Source of the DNA: Clostridia bacterium
GTDB lineage: Bacteria > Bacillota > Clostridia > UMGS1883
Direction: 5' to 3'
Length of the DNA: 64,000 nt
Assembly: GCA_051866635.1 (NCBI GenBank)
Contig: JBJDXJ010000001.1
Span: 15,765 to 79,764 of the forward strand
Positions within the stretch are counted from its first letter, which is position 1. Every line of letters begins with the position of its first letter. Both the position numbers and the translations under genes were made by a program. Below the pieces are notes generated by a model that saw nothing but the letters and a program-made list of their open reading frames with translations, did not search any database and was not told where the DNA came from. Below are positions 30,982 through 40,814 of this stretch, piece after piece.

Positions 30982-31581
30982 TCAGATGAGTTTTTCTATC
31001 CAACAATCTAAAAATGCGAGCTGTTCTTTCGTGTGGAACCAGTGTTCCCCGTCTTTCATAACTGTCAACGACGAATTTGTATTTTTATGAAAGGCAGAAA
31101 TCGTTTCGTAAGAAGTTAAGTTGTCCTTTTCTCCGTATAAAATATGGGTAGGGATGTTCCAACAAATTTGGTGTTCCCGAACATAACAGAGATATTCCCA
31201 CGATAATGTTTCACCAAAAGCTGTTGCAATTTCCTTTTTTTCTGAAAGCTCTTTTTCTGTAACGTTTGCCCACATCATCATATCTAAAATAAGTTTTTCC
31301 ATATTTACAATTGGCGATATGAAAAATGCTTTTTCAATTTTCTTTTCATAAAGGGCGTTCATAGTGAAAAATGCACCGATACTGTTGGCAATAACTATAA
31401 CAGAATCATAATGAGCCATAAGTCTTTCGTATTCACAGGCAAACTCGTCCTTCGTTTCCCATGGCGTAGAAAACTTATAGTCCAAGCCAAATATATCATA
31501 TCCCTGACAAGTTTTTTTGTAACGCTCCGCCTCGTCCGCACTTCCGCCTTTTCCGTGAATATATAAAATTACTTTTTTCAA
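30982..31581 (-). CDS. Alpha/beta hydrolase
   Basis: IHGKGG, ANSIGA, GEKD, GEHWFH. Confidence 0.88.
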   Translation of the reverse strand: MKKVILYIHGKGGSADEAERYKKTCQGYDIFGLDYKFSTPWETKDEFACEYERLMAHYDSVIVIANSIGAFFTMNALYEKKIEKAFFISPIVNMEKLILDMMMWANVTEKELSEKKEIATAFGETLSWEYLCYVREHQICWNIPTHILYGEKDNLTSYETISAFHKNTNSSLTVMKDGEHWFHTKEQLAFLDCWIEKLI

Positions 31582-31609
31582 ATCAGTTTCCTCCGAAATT
31601 TCTGTCTTG

Positions 31610-32242
31610 TTATGCCTTTTTGATAGGATGCCTTATAACTGTTTTTCTCTTTTCGGGAGCAGTTTTTCTTGCATCTGACAGATAGATTTCGTGGTGCAAC
31701 CTACTGTCACTAATATCGTTTACATATCCGTTCTCTTCTAAGTAGTCATCCATCAATGCAACTGTTTCAGGCTCATCATCATAGGGACCAACATGCATGA
31801 TTTGAACACATAAGCCTTCATCAACAGTTAAATATTCTGCCGGTGAACAGTCCAGTTTTTTCTTTTTAGTTGCCGTTTCCACTGCCCAATCAAAATCCTC
31901 TTTCGAAACAAATTCAGGCAAACGAATGACACTAATCCAGTTAAAAGTGGATTTATCGGTATAATCCACACCCTCAACATCATCTTGCCACCAAAACCCT
32001 TCAAGTGGCGGCACCACATACTCAAAAAATCCTTCTATCTTGTAATCTGTCTTATAACTCATTTTCAAGGTATATGCCACCGCATACAGAATACTGATAG
32101 CCTGACTGTACAATCCCCCTTCTTCATTTGGGTCCCCTTTGCCCCTGACAGCAATATAATTTGCTTTCGGAACATTTACAATTTCAGGTTTGTTTTTTGG
32201 CATATAGAATTCTTTATATTCCTTCTTAAAATCAAAAGCCAT
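31610..32242 (-). CDS. GyrI-like small-molecule-binding protein
   Basis: DFKKEYK, GDPN, PLEGFWW, HVGPYDDE, HHEIYLSDAR. Confidence 0.9.
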   Translation of the reverse strand: MAFDFKKEYKEFYMPKNKPEIVNVPKANYIAVRGKGDPNEEGGLYSQAISILYAVAYTLKMSYKTDYKIEGFFEYVVPPLEGFWWQDDVEGVDYTDKSTFNWISVIRLPEFVSKEDFDWAVETATKKKKLDCSPAEYLTVDEGLCVQIMHVGPYDDEPETVALMDDYLEENGYVNDISDSRLHHEIYLSDARKTAPEKRKTVIRHPIKKA

Positions 32243-32296
32243 ACTAATTTCCCCCTTATCCCATACTTTCCGAAAATTCCTGCATATATAGTTTTA

Positions 32297-32809
32297 TTAT
32301 AAATCAATATTTATCTCATACTTATCATCAATAAGCAGATACTTTAAATTGTGCTTTTGGGCAAGCTCTAAAAACTGTGCATTATCTTCTAAAACGCTTT
32401 CCAAAGTACACCATTCATCATCCAATCGATTTTCAATTACACTTGCATACTTCTTTATATCGTTGAAATGATTTTTAATATATTTTTCACTCATAACAAG
32501 GCAATAGTATCTGATGTTATCAAGGTATTCTTTTTCAAAGTCCTTTTCAAAGTCAAAAGGTATATAACACCCTTCAATAATAAGGTTTTGTTTGTTCTCT
32601 ATGGCAGTTTTAATCATTTCACGTACAACAGGCCATAAATAATCTGTAAGTGCATCATCATCCTGCACTGTCAGCTTGGTGTATCCGCTGCGAATTAAGC
32701 CCATCTTCAAATGGTCTATTGATAAATACGGGTATTTATATTTTTCAAGTAATTTTTGGGCAAGTGCAGTCTTTCCAGTATGCGATGCCCCTGTAATCAA
32801 AATAATCAT
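32297..32809 (-). CDS. P-loop small-molecule kinase
   Basis: GASHTGKT, SIDHLKMGL, IIEGCY. Confidence 0.85.
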   Translation of the reverse strand: MIILITGASHTGKTALAQKLLEKYKYPYLSIDHLKMGLIRSGYTKLTVQDDDALTDYLWPVVREMIKTAIENKQNLIIEGCYIPFDFEKDFEKEYLDNIRYYCLVMSEKYIKNHFNDIKKYASVIENRLDDEWCTLESVLEDNAQFLELAQKHNLKYLLIDDKYEINIDL

Positions 32810-32848
32810 TGTTATCATCCTTTTACAAATTGCGATTTTTCAATCAGC

Positions 32849-33688
32849 TTAACTCACAGATAATTTTTCAATTGTGTAAACCTTCTCTATTAAATCTTCA
32901 ATCAATCGGTTTACTTTGTCAGGCTCATCTGTGTTTGAATTGTGCCCGGCACCTTTAATCCATTCTAACTCAATTAAGGTATCTTTATGCCACGCTTTAT
33001 TATACCGAATGCAGGAACCGGCATGGTCCTTTTCCCCGCAAATTAGTAATGCAGGGCATTTAATGGTATAAGGCAAGTCCTTTTCCATTGCTTCTGCAAT
33101 TATGGAAAACCCGTGTCCTGCTATGCGTGCATAGCGTTTTTTATCTTCGTTATATACCATCATCATGTCTCTCATCAGCCCTCTTCCGTATTCTGATGTT
33201 GAAACTCCTTTTGTTCCATGTCTCAAAAGTAGTTTCCAAGGATAGCGATAATAGACACCTTCCATTCTTTTTAAAAGCCAAAGCTCGATTGCTGTAACAT
33301 ATTTTCTTTGAAGAGGTGCTGAATCAATAGATACAAATCCCTTTAACTTATCCGGGAAAAGCTGGGCATAAGCCTGAGCTACATATCCGCCCATGGATTG
33401 ACCCACAATCACAGGATATTTGATGTTTTCCCTGTCAAAAATTTCATCCAGCCACCGAGCCTTATCCATCAAGGTAAAATCAAAAGCAAAAGGCCATGAT
33501 AAGCCGTGAGCGGGTGCATCCCAAACGAGAACATTATATTTACCTTCAAAATATGATATCTGTTTGTCAAATAACCTATGGTCTGCCGTCAGCCCGGGAA
33601 GAAAAATAATTGTGATAGAATTTACATTCACCATATTAACCCAATAATGAATAATGCCCAAAGGAGTGTTATATGTTTTTTCTTGCAT
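32849..33688 (-). CDS. Alpha/beta hydrolase
   Basis: LPGLTAD, GQSMGG, GEKD, AGHNSN. Confidence 0.9.
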   Translation of the reverse strand: MQEKTYNTPLGIIHYWVNMVNVNSITIIFLPGLTADHRLFDKQISYFEGKYNVLVWDAPAHGLSWPFAFDFTLMDKARWLDEIFDRENIKYPVIVGQSMGGYVAQAYAQLFPDKLKGFVSIDSAPLQRKYVTAIELWLLKRMEGVYYRYPWKLLLRHGTKGVSTSEYGRGLMRDMMMVYNEDKKRYARIAGHGFSIIAEAMEKDLPYTIKCPALLICGEKDHAGSCIRYNKAWHKDTLIELEWIKGAGHNSNTDEPDKVNRLIEDLIEKVYTIEKLSVS

Positions 33689-33750
33689 CTGAAACACCTC
33701 TGCAAATCAGGATTTATACTTTTCTTTTTCACTTTCTTGTAATACGCAAT

Positions 33751-34614
33751 TCATTTTAAGGGGAAACAAATATCAATTTCCATATACCCGTCATCTCTCA
33801 CGTTTTTGTATATATCGAATATGGCTCTTGTATCAAGCCTATTTCCTGTTTTTGAAAGCCACCTGCAAAATACCTCCTGATACACCATAAACAGAAACTG
33901 CGGAAACCCTTTGAAATGGTAAATTGCATACTTACCCCCTTCAAAGGTATGAGTCAGAATATCGCTACCTTCTTTAAGTGCCACGTGATCGGGAGAAATT
34001 GTCTGACATAATTCGTACATACAATTGTCCTCATCCGTAATTGACGGGTCATCAATTGTAGATTCAATATAAATTGTATCATCGGAAGAAAGGTGTTTAT
34101 ACTTTTTAATAAACTTGCACCATTCTTCCGCCATATTATGATAATTGCCTTTTTTCCGCTCATAGATAACCAAAAAACTGTCAAGATGTTCAACGGTGAT
34201 AAGGTCTTCTGATTTCTCCAATTGGTCAATTGATATCCCGTGCGAAAAAGAACTTTCCTCAACCATTCGCTCGCTTATCTTTCTGAAATCTGCCGGAGTC
34301 ACGTTAAGATGCTTCTTAAATGCCGTTGCAAAGTTTGACGAGGAATATCCACAGTCCACACCGATTTCCGATATATTTTTATCCTTCTCAACTTTAAGTC
34401 TCCATGCACTTCTTTCAAGGCGTATGCGTTTAATAAACTGATACAAGGCTTCATCTGTGTCCTCTTTAAACATTCGCATAAGATGATACTTTGAATAACA
34501 GCAATGTTTTGCCACATCATCTACGGTAATATCTTTTTCTATGTTGTCAAAGATATAGTTAATTGCTTTATTGATAACTGCACTTCGGATAGTGGTATTG
34601 CTTTTTTCCTCCAC
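33751..34614 (-). CDS. AraC family regulator with GyrI-like effector domain
   Basis: N-terminal AraC HTH (GYSSSNFATAFKK), C-terminal GGKYA. Confidence 0.9.
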   Translation of the reverse strand: MEEKSNTTIRSAVINKAINYIFDNIEKDITVDDVAKHCCYSKYHLMRMFKEDTDEALYQFIKRIRLERSAWRLKVEKDKNISEIGVDCGYSSSNFATAFKKHLNVTPADFRKISERMVEESSFSHGISIDQLEKSEDLITVEHLDSFLVIYERKKGNYHNMAEEWCKFIKKYKHLSSDDTIYIESTIDDPSITDEDNCMYELCQTISPDHVALKEGSDILTHTFEGGKYAIYHFKGFPQFLFMVYQEVFCRWLSKTGNRLDTRAIFDIYKNVRDDGYMEIDICFPLK

Positions 34615-34618
34615 TATA

Positions 34619-35944
34619 TCACCCTCTTTCAATTATCTTCTTTTGTTTTACAATAAGACACACCGAAACTATAGCCGTCAAAGCCTCAGTAGCAGGAGCA
34701 GTCAGCCACACGCCTGTCATACCCCATATAGCAGGGAAGATTAATGTAAATGCCAGAAGAATCACAATTCCTCTTAAAGAGGATATTATTGCGGAACTTA
34801 AAGCATCGCCGCAAGCGGTAAAATACATTGAGGTTATCACATCATATCCCATAATCATAAAAGTGACAGCGTAAAACTTAAACCCTGACGACACCATATC
34901 TGCCACATTACGGCTACAACCAAACATAACGGCATATCTTCTGCCCAAAAGTACAAAAAGCACTGCAAACAAGGCACCTATTATAAATAATATTCTATTT
35001 GTTATATCACGAAGCTTCATTGCCGTTTCTTGTTCATCTGCACCATAGCACACACTTACAAGAGGTGCCAACCCTTGTCCGAAACCAATTGTAATCATAC
35101 TGTATCCATATACTGCAAAACCGAGAATAGTAAATGCGGCAACACCTTCTGTCCCCACATATTTCATCAGAACATAGTTAAATGCAAACATAGATATTGC
35201 ACTTGCCATTTCCCCGATAAACTCAGAGGAACCGTTTAAAATTGTCTCCTTGTTTACTTCCCTGTTAAATTTATAAGGCTTGAACCGTATACTTAAGGAC
35301 GGGCCTACAAAATAAAGAATTTGAATAATCACTGCAATTATCTGCACCGCAAGAGAGGCTATTGCACTGCCTCCAACTCCCATATCTAATCTGCCCACCA
35401 GTATATAATCAAGTATTGCATTTAAAGCACAGCTTAATATACTCACAAGCATGCACACCTGAGGCTTTCCATCGATACGGATAAACATTCCCAAAGTGGT
35501 TCCTATAACCATCAAAGGGTAATTGAAAAGCATTATTTTATAGTACGCTGTGAAGTAAGCATAAAGATTTCCATCTGCCCTCAACACTTTTAAAATAGGT
35601 GTGAACATAAGTAACACTGCTACCGATGTTACTATGCATATAACCATAGCAGTAACAACTGTCTGTGAAAACACCTCGGAAGCCTTTGTATTATCCTTTG
35701 CCCCAAGGAGTTTACCGCATATTACACTTCCGCCCACACCTATACATAACCCTATTCCAAGATAAAAATAAAGTATTGGTAAACCTAAGTTTATAGCCGC
35801 CAATGCTTCTTCGCCCACGTAGTTTCCCGTAAAATATCCGTCGGTTATTGTGATTAGAGTTTGCAAAAGCATTGCTACGATTGTGGGAATTGAAAACATG
35901 AGAATAGTTTTAAGTTTGTTTTCTTTAATTTCTCTTATATTCAT
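34619..35944 (-). CDS. MATE family efflux transporter
   Basis: DGYFTGNYVG...LAAINL, NAILDY, about 12 TM. Confidence 0.92.
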   Translation of the reverse strand: MNIREIKENKLKTILMFSIPTIVAMLLQTLITITDGYFTGNYVGEEALAAINLGLPILYFYLGIGLCIGVGGSVICGKLLGAKDNTKASEVFSQTVVTAMVICIVTSVAVLLMFTPILKVLRADGNLYAYFTAYYKIMLFNYPLMVIGTTLGMFIRIDGKPQVCMLVSILSCALNAILDYILVGRLDMGVGGSAIASLAVQIIAVIIQILYFVGPSLSIRFKPYKFNREVNKETILNGSSEFIGEMASAISMFAFNYVLMKYVGTEGVAAFTILGFAVYGYSMITIGFGQGLAPLVSVCYGADEQETAMKLRDITNRILFIIGALFAVLFVLLGRRYAVMFGCSRNVADMVSSGFKFYAVTFMIMGYDVITSMYFTACGDALSSAIISSLRGIVILLAFTLIFPAIWGMTGVWLTAPATEALTAIVSVCLIVKQKKIIERG

Positions 35945-36015
35945 AATTACATCTCTCCTTCTTTAATTTCATTATAGAGATGTAATACTTATTTTTCTTC
36001 TGAATTTGTGCTATT

Positions 36016-37473
36016 TTATTTTTTTACCGCCAGAGCATAATTTATATGTTCAAAAGCACTTAATTCACTATTACAGTCAGAAAAGAATCTGTCTTGTATA
36101 TCTTTATCACTTAAAAACTCATAAATCAAAAAGCCGTGCTTTTCCAAAAGTTTTTCCATTTCGCCGTAGCTAAAGCAGCTTTTCATCGGTGCACCGCTTT
36201 TTTCTGCCATTTTAAGCATATTTTTCACCCTTGGTATATTTGACGAAAACAGATGATTGTCCCCAAAATCAAAAACAATCTCGCTTCCTTCCGCACATAA
36301 TGCTGAAACAGACTTCAAAAGATCTGAAATACAGTCAACTGACAGATAATAAAACAGCCCCATGCATGAGAAGAAAGCCTTTTTACTTTTATCAAAGCCA
36401 TTCTTTAAAAGCACCTCTTCAATGCTGTCTTTTGACAAATCTGCCGCTATAAGTTTCACATTTTCAGGGATTTCTATTTTTGCCCTTGCAAGACGCCTAC
36501 TTTTATCTTCAATGACATTTTCTTTGTCAATTTCAAAAACAGTAAGGGACTTATTTTTATTTCTGTAAGGGGATGTGTCAAGTCCGCTTCCTATTATCAC
36601 GTGTTGCTCTGTGCCCAAATTCAAACTTGTATTAAGACATTCTTCACAAAACTTTGCTCTTGCCACAGGTGTTGGTGCAAGCTGTGTGTTTACATATTTC
36701 TTCACATCACCGCCGCCTGACAAAATATAGTTTTCCATCTGCCCGTATTCCTCTTCAGAAAAGAGCTTTTCTGCCAGGCTATCGGCAAAAACGGGCTTTT
36801 CGCTGTTTTTTAAATGATACGCCCTTGAAAATGCAGACATAAGTGCCGTTAAGTTAGTTTGCGTATTAGTTTTGTTTTTTCTCTTTTTATCTGTCTTATA
36901 CTCAAAGAGTCCGTGTTCATTGCAATAGTAATAAAACTGACCACCATGCATTTTCGGAAAACGCACCGCACTGTCCTGTTCGGGATAAAGCCTCACCGTA
37001 AGCACTCTGTCAAAGGTTACATAAGCAATAAACCCGATAAAGTGTTCTTTTGTCATAGGATGGTTAAGTTCAACATAGAAATCATTTTCTATTTCAGAAA
37101 CATTTATCATATGTTTTTCGTCTGCACTTTTAGCCTCAAGCGGGCTCAGCTGACTCCCGCAACATACAACACGGCACTCTCCACTTCCTTGCATAATACT
37201 ACCGCAATGGGGGCATACATAAAACTTTGTTTTTTTCATATTACCGACTTCCTCCATGTTTAAATCAAGACTGCCTGACAATAGTGTGTCCGAGCTTACA
37301 CCCAATACTTCTGCCAAAAGGGAAACAGAGGAAACATCGGGAAATCCGTGTCCCGTTTCCCACTTTGAAACTGTTTTGGGAAGCACACCTATTTTTTTGG
37401 CAACCTCAGCCTGTGTCATTCCTTTTTTCTTTCTTAAGCTACAAAGGAGCTTTCCGTTTTTTTCTAAATCCAT
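36016..37473 (-). CDS. XRE HTH + desulfoferrodoxin-like domain + LCM-type SAM methyltransferase fusion
   Basis: VSKWETG; CPHC...CC, EKH, HPM, EH, CNEHG; TALMSAFSRAYH, IGSGLDT, FEID. Confidence 0.85.
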   Translation of the reverse strand: MDLEKNGKLLCSLRKKKGMTQAEVAKKIGVLPKTVSKWETGHGFPDVSSVSLLAEVLGVSSDTLLSGSLDLNMEEVGNMKKTKFYVCPHCGSIMQGSGECRVVCCGSQLSPLEAKSADEKHMINVSEIENDFYVELNHPMTKEHFIGFIAYVTFDRVLTVRLYPEQDSAVRFPKMHGGQFYYYCNEHGLFEYKTDKKRKNKTNTQTNLTALMSAFSRAYHLKNSEKPVFADSLAEKLFSEEEYGQMENYILSGGGDVKKYVNTQLAPTPVARAKFCEECLNTSLNLGTEQHVIIGSGLDTSPYRNKNKSLTVFEIDKENVIEDKSRRLARAKIEIPENVKLIAADLSKDSIEEVLLKNGFDKSKKAFFSCMGLFYYLSVDCISDLLKSVSALCAEGSEIVFDFGDNHLFSSNIPRVKNMLKMAEKSGAPMKSCFSYGEMEKLLEKHGFLIYEFLSDKDIQDRFFSDCNSELSAFEHINYALAVKK

Positions 37474-37547
37474 TTTTCGCACCTCCATAGTTATTATAAG
37501 CCGATAATATAAACAGGGCAATCCACTATCCGTACATATTTACCCTT

Positions 37548-38057
37548 TTAACACTCTGTTTCAAAAACAAGATCCATATCCTTTATTGTCCCGTAATCAC
37601 TGATTTTTGTGGGAATAAACCCTGCATAGCGAAAGCCTTTTGATGCATATTCGTCAATAATAGACCTATGTTCTTCTGATTTTGCACCGCAAAAATTTCC
37701 TATATGAACATGTACATACTCATATTTTTTCATAGCTGTTATCCTTTCAAAGTGTATTTTGTATTTTAACTCAAGCTGGATGCCTGTGTATTTCATATTC
37801 AGCTTATCAGCTTCAATTTCGTTTTCAACGCGGTACCAATCCTCGTAAAACTTGCCTGAGCTGTCCGCAAATTTATTGAGTTTATAGCATTGCACCAAAA
37901 AATAAGCTCCGCAATTTTTACATTTTTCTATTTTTCGGTACCCGTCCTTGCCGTCGTCCCAGCGGTACAAAAACCACCTTATGCTACCATCGGGGTTTTT
38001 CGGTTTCGGGTCGTACTTTTTAATTGTTTCAAAATCAGGGTTTTTACAACATTTCAT
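37548..38057 (-). CDS. Cys-containing hypothetical protein fused in frame to a DUF4177-like peptide
   Basis: CC...CKNCG N-terminal part; internal RBS GAAAGGA before MKKYEYV...IIDEYASKGFRYAGFIP...DLVFE. Confidence 0.7.
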   Translation of the reverse strand: MKCCKNPDFETIKKYDPKPKNPDGSIRWFLYRWDDGKDGYRKIEKCKNCGAYFLVQCYKLNKFADSSGKFYEDWYRVENEIEADKLNMKYTGIQLELKYKIHFERITAMKKYEYVHVHIGNFCGAKSEEHRSIIDEYASKGFRYAGFIPTKISDYGTIKDMDLVFETEC

Positions 38058-38079
38058 TTGTTTACACTCATTATAAGCA

Positions 38080-38757
38080 TTATTTTGATTTCATGGCAAC
38101 AATAACAGAAAACTTTTGGTTTGAATAAACGCATTGCACACTTCTAAAACCGCTTTTCCTAAGAAATTCAATTTCATCTTCCACACAGCATTCCCTGTCA
38201 AGTTTTCTTCGCTCTTTCCAAAGGCTTATATCATTGTCAGTCAATCCGCTGTTTTCCAAATGCTCTTCCCAGCAGGAATTATACCATTTGTCGGTTATTT
38301 CATCATTTCCGCAAAACTGATCGTAATTTACAAAAATACCATCTTCGGGAAGCTTTCGGTATATTTTTTCAAACAGCTCCTGTTTATCGCAATTTTCAAG
38401 ATGATGAATTGACAAGGCTGAAATAATACAATCAAAATTTTCTTTGGGGAGACTTTGTGAATAATCCAATATTTCGTAACGGACATTATCAAGTCCGGCA
38501 AATCTTTTCTTTGCCACATTAAGCATTTCTTCAGCTATATCCGTCAAAACATATTCCGCCTTGGGAAAATGTGCGTACCAAAAATATGTCAAAAGCCCCG
38601 TTCCTGCACCTAAATCCAAAACCCTTTTTGGGCAAGCAATATTAGATGCAATAAATTTTGTTGTGTTTTTATAATAATCATCAAAACAGGGTATGAACTT
38701 TTTTCGGTTTGAGTCATATTCCTGTGCAATCAGATTAAATTGTTCCTGTGCATTCAT
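38080..38757 (-). CDS. Class I SAM-dependent methyltransferase
   Basis: VLDLGAGTG, SALSIHHL; RBS GAGGG. Confidence 0.92.
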   Translation of the reverse strand: MNAQEQFNLIAQEYDSNRKKFIPCFDDYYKNTTKFIASNIACPKRVLDLGAGTGLLTYFWYAHFPKAEYVLTDIAEEMLNVAKKRFAGLDNVRYEILDYSQSLPKENFDCIISALSIHHLENCDKQELFEKIYRKLPEDGIFVNYDQFCGNDEITDKWYNSCWEEHLENSGLTDNDISLWKERRKLDRECCVEDEIEFLRKSGFRSVQCVYSNQKFSVIVAMKSK

Positions 38758-38771
38758 ACGTTGCCCCTCTA

Positions 38772-38960
38772 TTAATACTGTGGGCTTTGGGGCATAACAA
38801 TAGCCGCTATTATGTATGCCAAAAATCCTGTGCCTAAGCACAACACGGCAATTGCCCATATAAGGCGTACAACAGTTGAATCGATTTCAAAAAATTCAGC
38901 AATTCCTCCGCATACACCGCACAATTTTTTATCTGTGTTTGATTTATACAACTTTTTCAT
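38772..38960 (-). CDS. PspC domain protein
   Basis: KLYKSNTDKKLCGVCGGIAEFFEIDSTVVR. Confidence 0.92.
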   Translation of the reverse strand: MKKLYKSNTDKKLCGVCGGIAEFFEIDSTVVRLIWAIAVLCLGTGFLAYIIAAIVMPQSPQY

Positions 38961-38980
38961 ACTAACTTTCCTTTCTTTAA

Positions 38981-39352
38981 TTAAAATTTGTATACTTCAT
39001 CAGTTTCACGGTTTCTGTACTCGTGCTTTTCGTAGTAGCCGATAAGCTCCCCTGACTCATCACGAAGTGCTACCATGTACACATCTTTGTTTTCTTTTTC
39101 ATTGTAGTAAGTAAATACCCTGTTATTTTCTTTGCTACACTTAAAGTGTTCAATGACCTTTTCTATCATTTCCCGTGATTTTTCATTATGGCAAGCCATA
39201 AGGCTTTTACCCACAAGCTCTTTGCCGCCCCGCTTTTTATACCTTTCACATGCGGCAGGGTTCATACAAATAATTTCATGGTTTAGATTGCAGATTACAA
39301 CAGCACATCTGTCCTCTTCTACCATGCTTTTAAAAAACTTTCCAAGCTCCAT
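38981..39352 (-). CDS. Stand-alone PAS domain protein
   Basis: AVVICNLNHEII.MN...LVGKSLMACH...GELIGYYE; promoter TTGACA-17-TATCAT at 39413-39385. Confidence 0.85.
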   Translation of the reverse strand: MELGKFFKSMVEEDRCAVVICNLNHEIICMNPAACERYKKRGGKELVGKSLMACHNEKSREMIEKVIEHFKCSKENNRVFTYYNEKENKDVYMVALRDESGELIGYYEKHEYRNRETDEVYKF

Positions 39353-39427
39353 TTTGTAAAACCTCCTCGTTGCCTTACATAATAATGATAGCCGTGTCTT
39401 TTAAATATGTCAAGTTTTTATATATTT

Positions 39428-39645
39428 TTTCGACACTCGATCTCAAAGGCGGACTACGTCGTTGGGCTCTTTGAGGTCTGTAATTTTGAGGAACAAAGTG
39501 GCAATTTCTCGTGCAAGGGGGCTCCGCCCACCTAAAATCTCCACTTTCGGCAGAGTAATACGATTACCCTGCCTATTTTATTTAGGAAACCTTCTTTCCC
39601 GAACCCTTTGCGATTGCGAGAAAAATAAGTTTATCGACAGTCTGA
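39428..39645 (-). repeat. Structured dispersed repeat (MITE-like element or ncRNA), copy 2
   Basis: Reverse complement aligns over about 210 bp with 2887-3096. Confidence 0.85.
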
Positions 39646-39669
39646 GGCGGCAGAAAGTTCTGCCGCCTG
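39645..39669. terminator. Terminator-like hairpin after the AraC gene
   Basis: AGGCGGCAGAA-AG-TTCTGCCGCCT. Confidence 0.65.
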
Positions 39670-39674
39670 AATTT

Positions 39675-40556
39675 TTAGTTTTTCTTTTTAACCGCCCGAA
39701 GTTCTATATATCCTCTCTCGCCTATAGGCTCAAGCTGAATACGGGGGTTTTCATCGTCCCATTCATAGCCGATTGCCAACGGATTGTACTTAGTCATTGA
39801 CTGTTGCACAGCATTAATTGCTTCGCAGTAATCCTCCTCACGGAAGGGTTCTCCTGTAAAGCTTAGATATTCCGCTTCGGGAAGTTCTATAACATCAAAA
39901 CCATCGGGAATTTTTCCGTCATAATTAATTTCTACCTCAACGCCCTGCACATATGTTGATGTTCCGGGCTTTTTCATGCTCTCAGGTAGCCACATACAAA
40001 CAGGCTCGCCGCAGAGTGAATTCATGCTTAAAAGCGTACCCCATACGTCACAGCCCACCTCCTCGCAGTAGGCAAAGTAATCCTCAGCTTTCTTTCCACG
40101 CTTCAGTATCACCTTGCGATTGGGCTTTTTAATAAGTTGAATAAAGACATTTTTTACGTTTTCCATTTGGGTCAAATCCTTTCTCATTTCTCTGAATTTT
40201 ACACCGTAAGGAACGAAAAGACATATGGGAACAGGGTTATTTGCATATTCCTTTGGATTACAGCCAAATTCTCTTACAAAGGCTCTTTGGTAGCCGTCCA
40301 CACTGCCAAAGCCCATTTCAAAAGCTACGTCACAGATTTTTACATTTTCGTTTTTTAGCTTTTCGGCAGATTTTGAAAGGCGAAATCTGCGGATATAATC
40401 AGATGGGGTTATACCTGTCAGCATTTTAAAAAGCCTGTATGAATACCAGGGCGAAAACAAAGCGGCGCCTGCCAAGTCTGCCATGGTAATCTCCTCGTAC
40501 AGATGCGTCTTTATATAATCCTGCATCCGCTGTACTGCATTAACCTGTTCGTTCAT
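39675..40556 (-). CDS. AraC family regulator
   Basis: FSPWYSYRLF...GFGSVDGYQRAF. Confidence 0.92.
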   Translation of the reverse strand: MNEQVNAVQRMQDYIKTHLYEEITMADLAGAALFSPWYSYRLFKMLTGITPSDYIRRFRLSKSAEKLKNENVKICDVAFEMGFGSVDGYQRAFVREFGCNPKEYANNPVPICLFVPYGVKFREMRKDLTQMENVKNVFIQLIKKPNRKVILKRGKKAEDYFAYCEEVGCDVWGTLLSMNSLCGEPVCMWLPESMKKPGTSTYVQGVEVEINYDGKIPDGFDVIELPEAEYLSFTGEPFREEDYCEAINAVQQSMTKYNPLAIGYEWDDENPRIQLEPIGERGYIELRAVKKKN

Positions 40557-40610
40557 CTTTTCTCACCTCCGACAAATTCATTATACTTTTTTTAAGAAAA
40601 GACTTCTCGA

Positions 40611-40814
40611 CTATTTTTGCTGTTTAATAATTTTAACACTTTGATTTTTCATTGAGATTTTTCCTATCTCATATCCGTATTGCTCCAACTCACTTTTATA
40701 CCTTAAAAAAGAATGGTCAATCTCAAATCCAAGGATTCTTTCAATTTCATCAAAAGTTAACATATCAGGCTCATTTGTTTTTATGTACTCCCACAATGGG
40801 TCATATTTACTCAC
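40611..40814 (-). CDS. Small hypothetical protein (MSKY.PL...LTF.EIE family)
   Basis: 67 aa; overlaps the upstream stop. Confidence 0.75.
   Translation of the reverse strand: MSKYDPLWEYIKTNEPDMLTFDEIERILGFEIDHSFLRYKSELEQYGYEIGKISMKNQSVKIIKQQK

Noticed and set aside
39462-39800. 112-aa ORF across repeat copy 2 as a possible transposase
   Set aside because: No transposase motifs or RBS; runs antisense into the AraC gene; indels relative to copy 1
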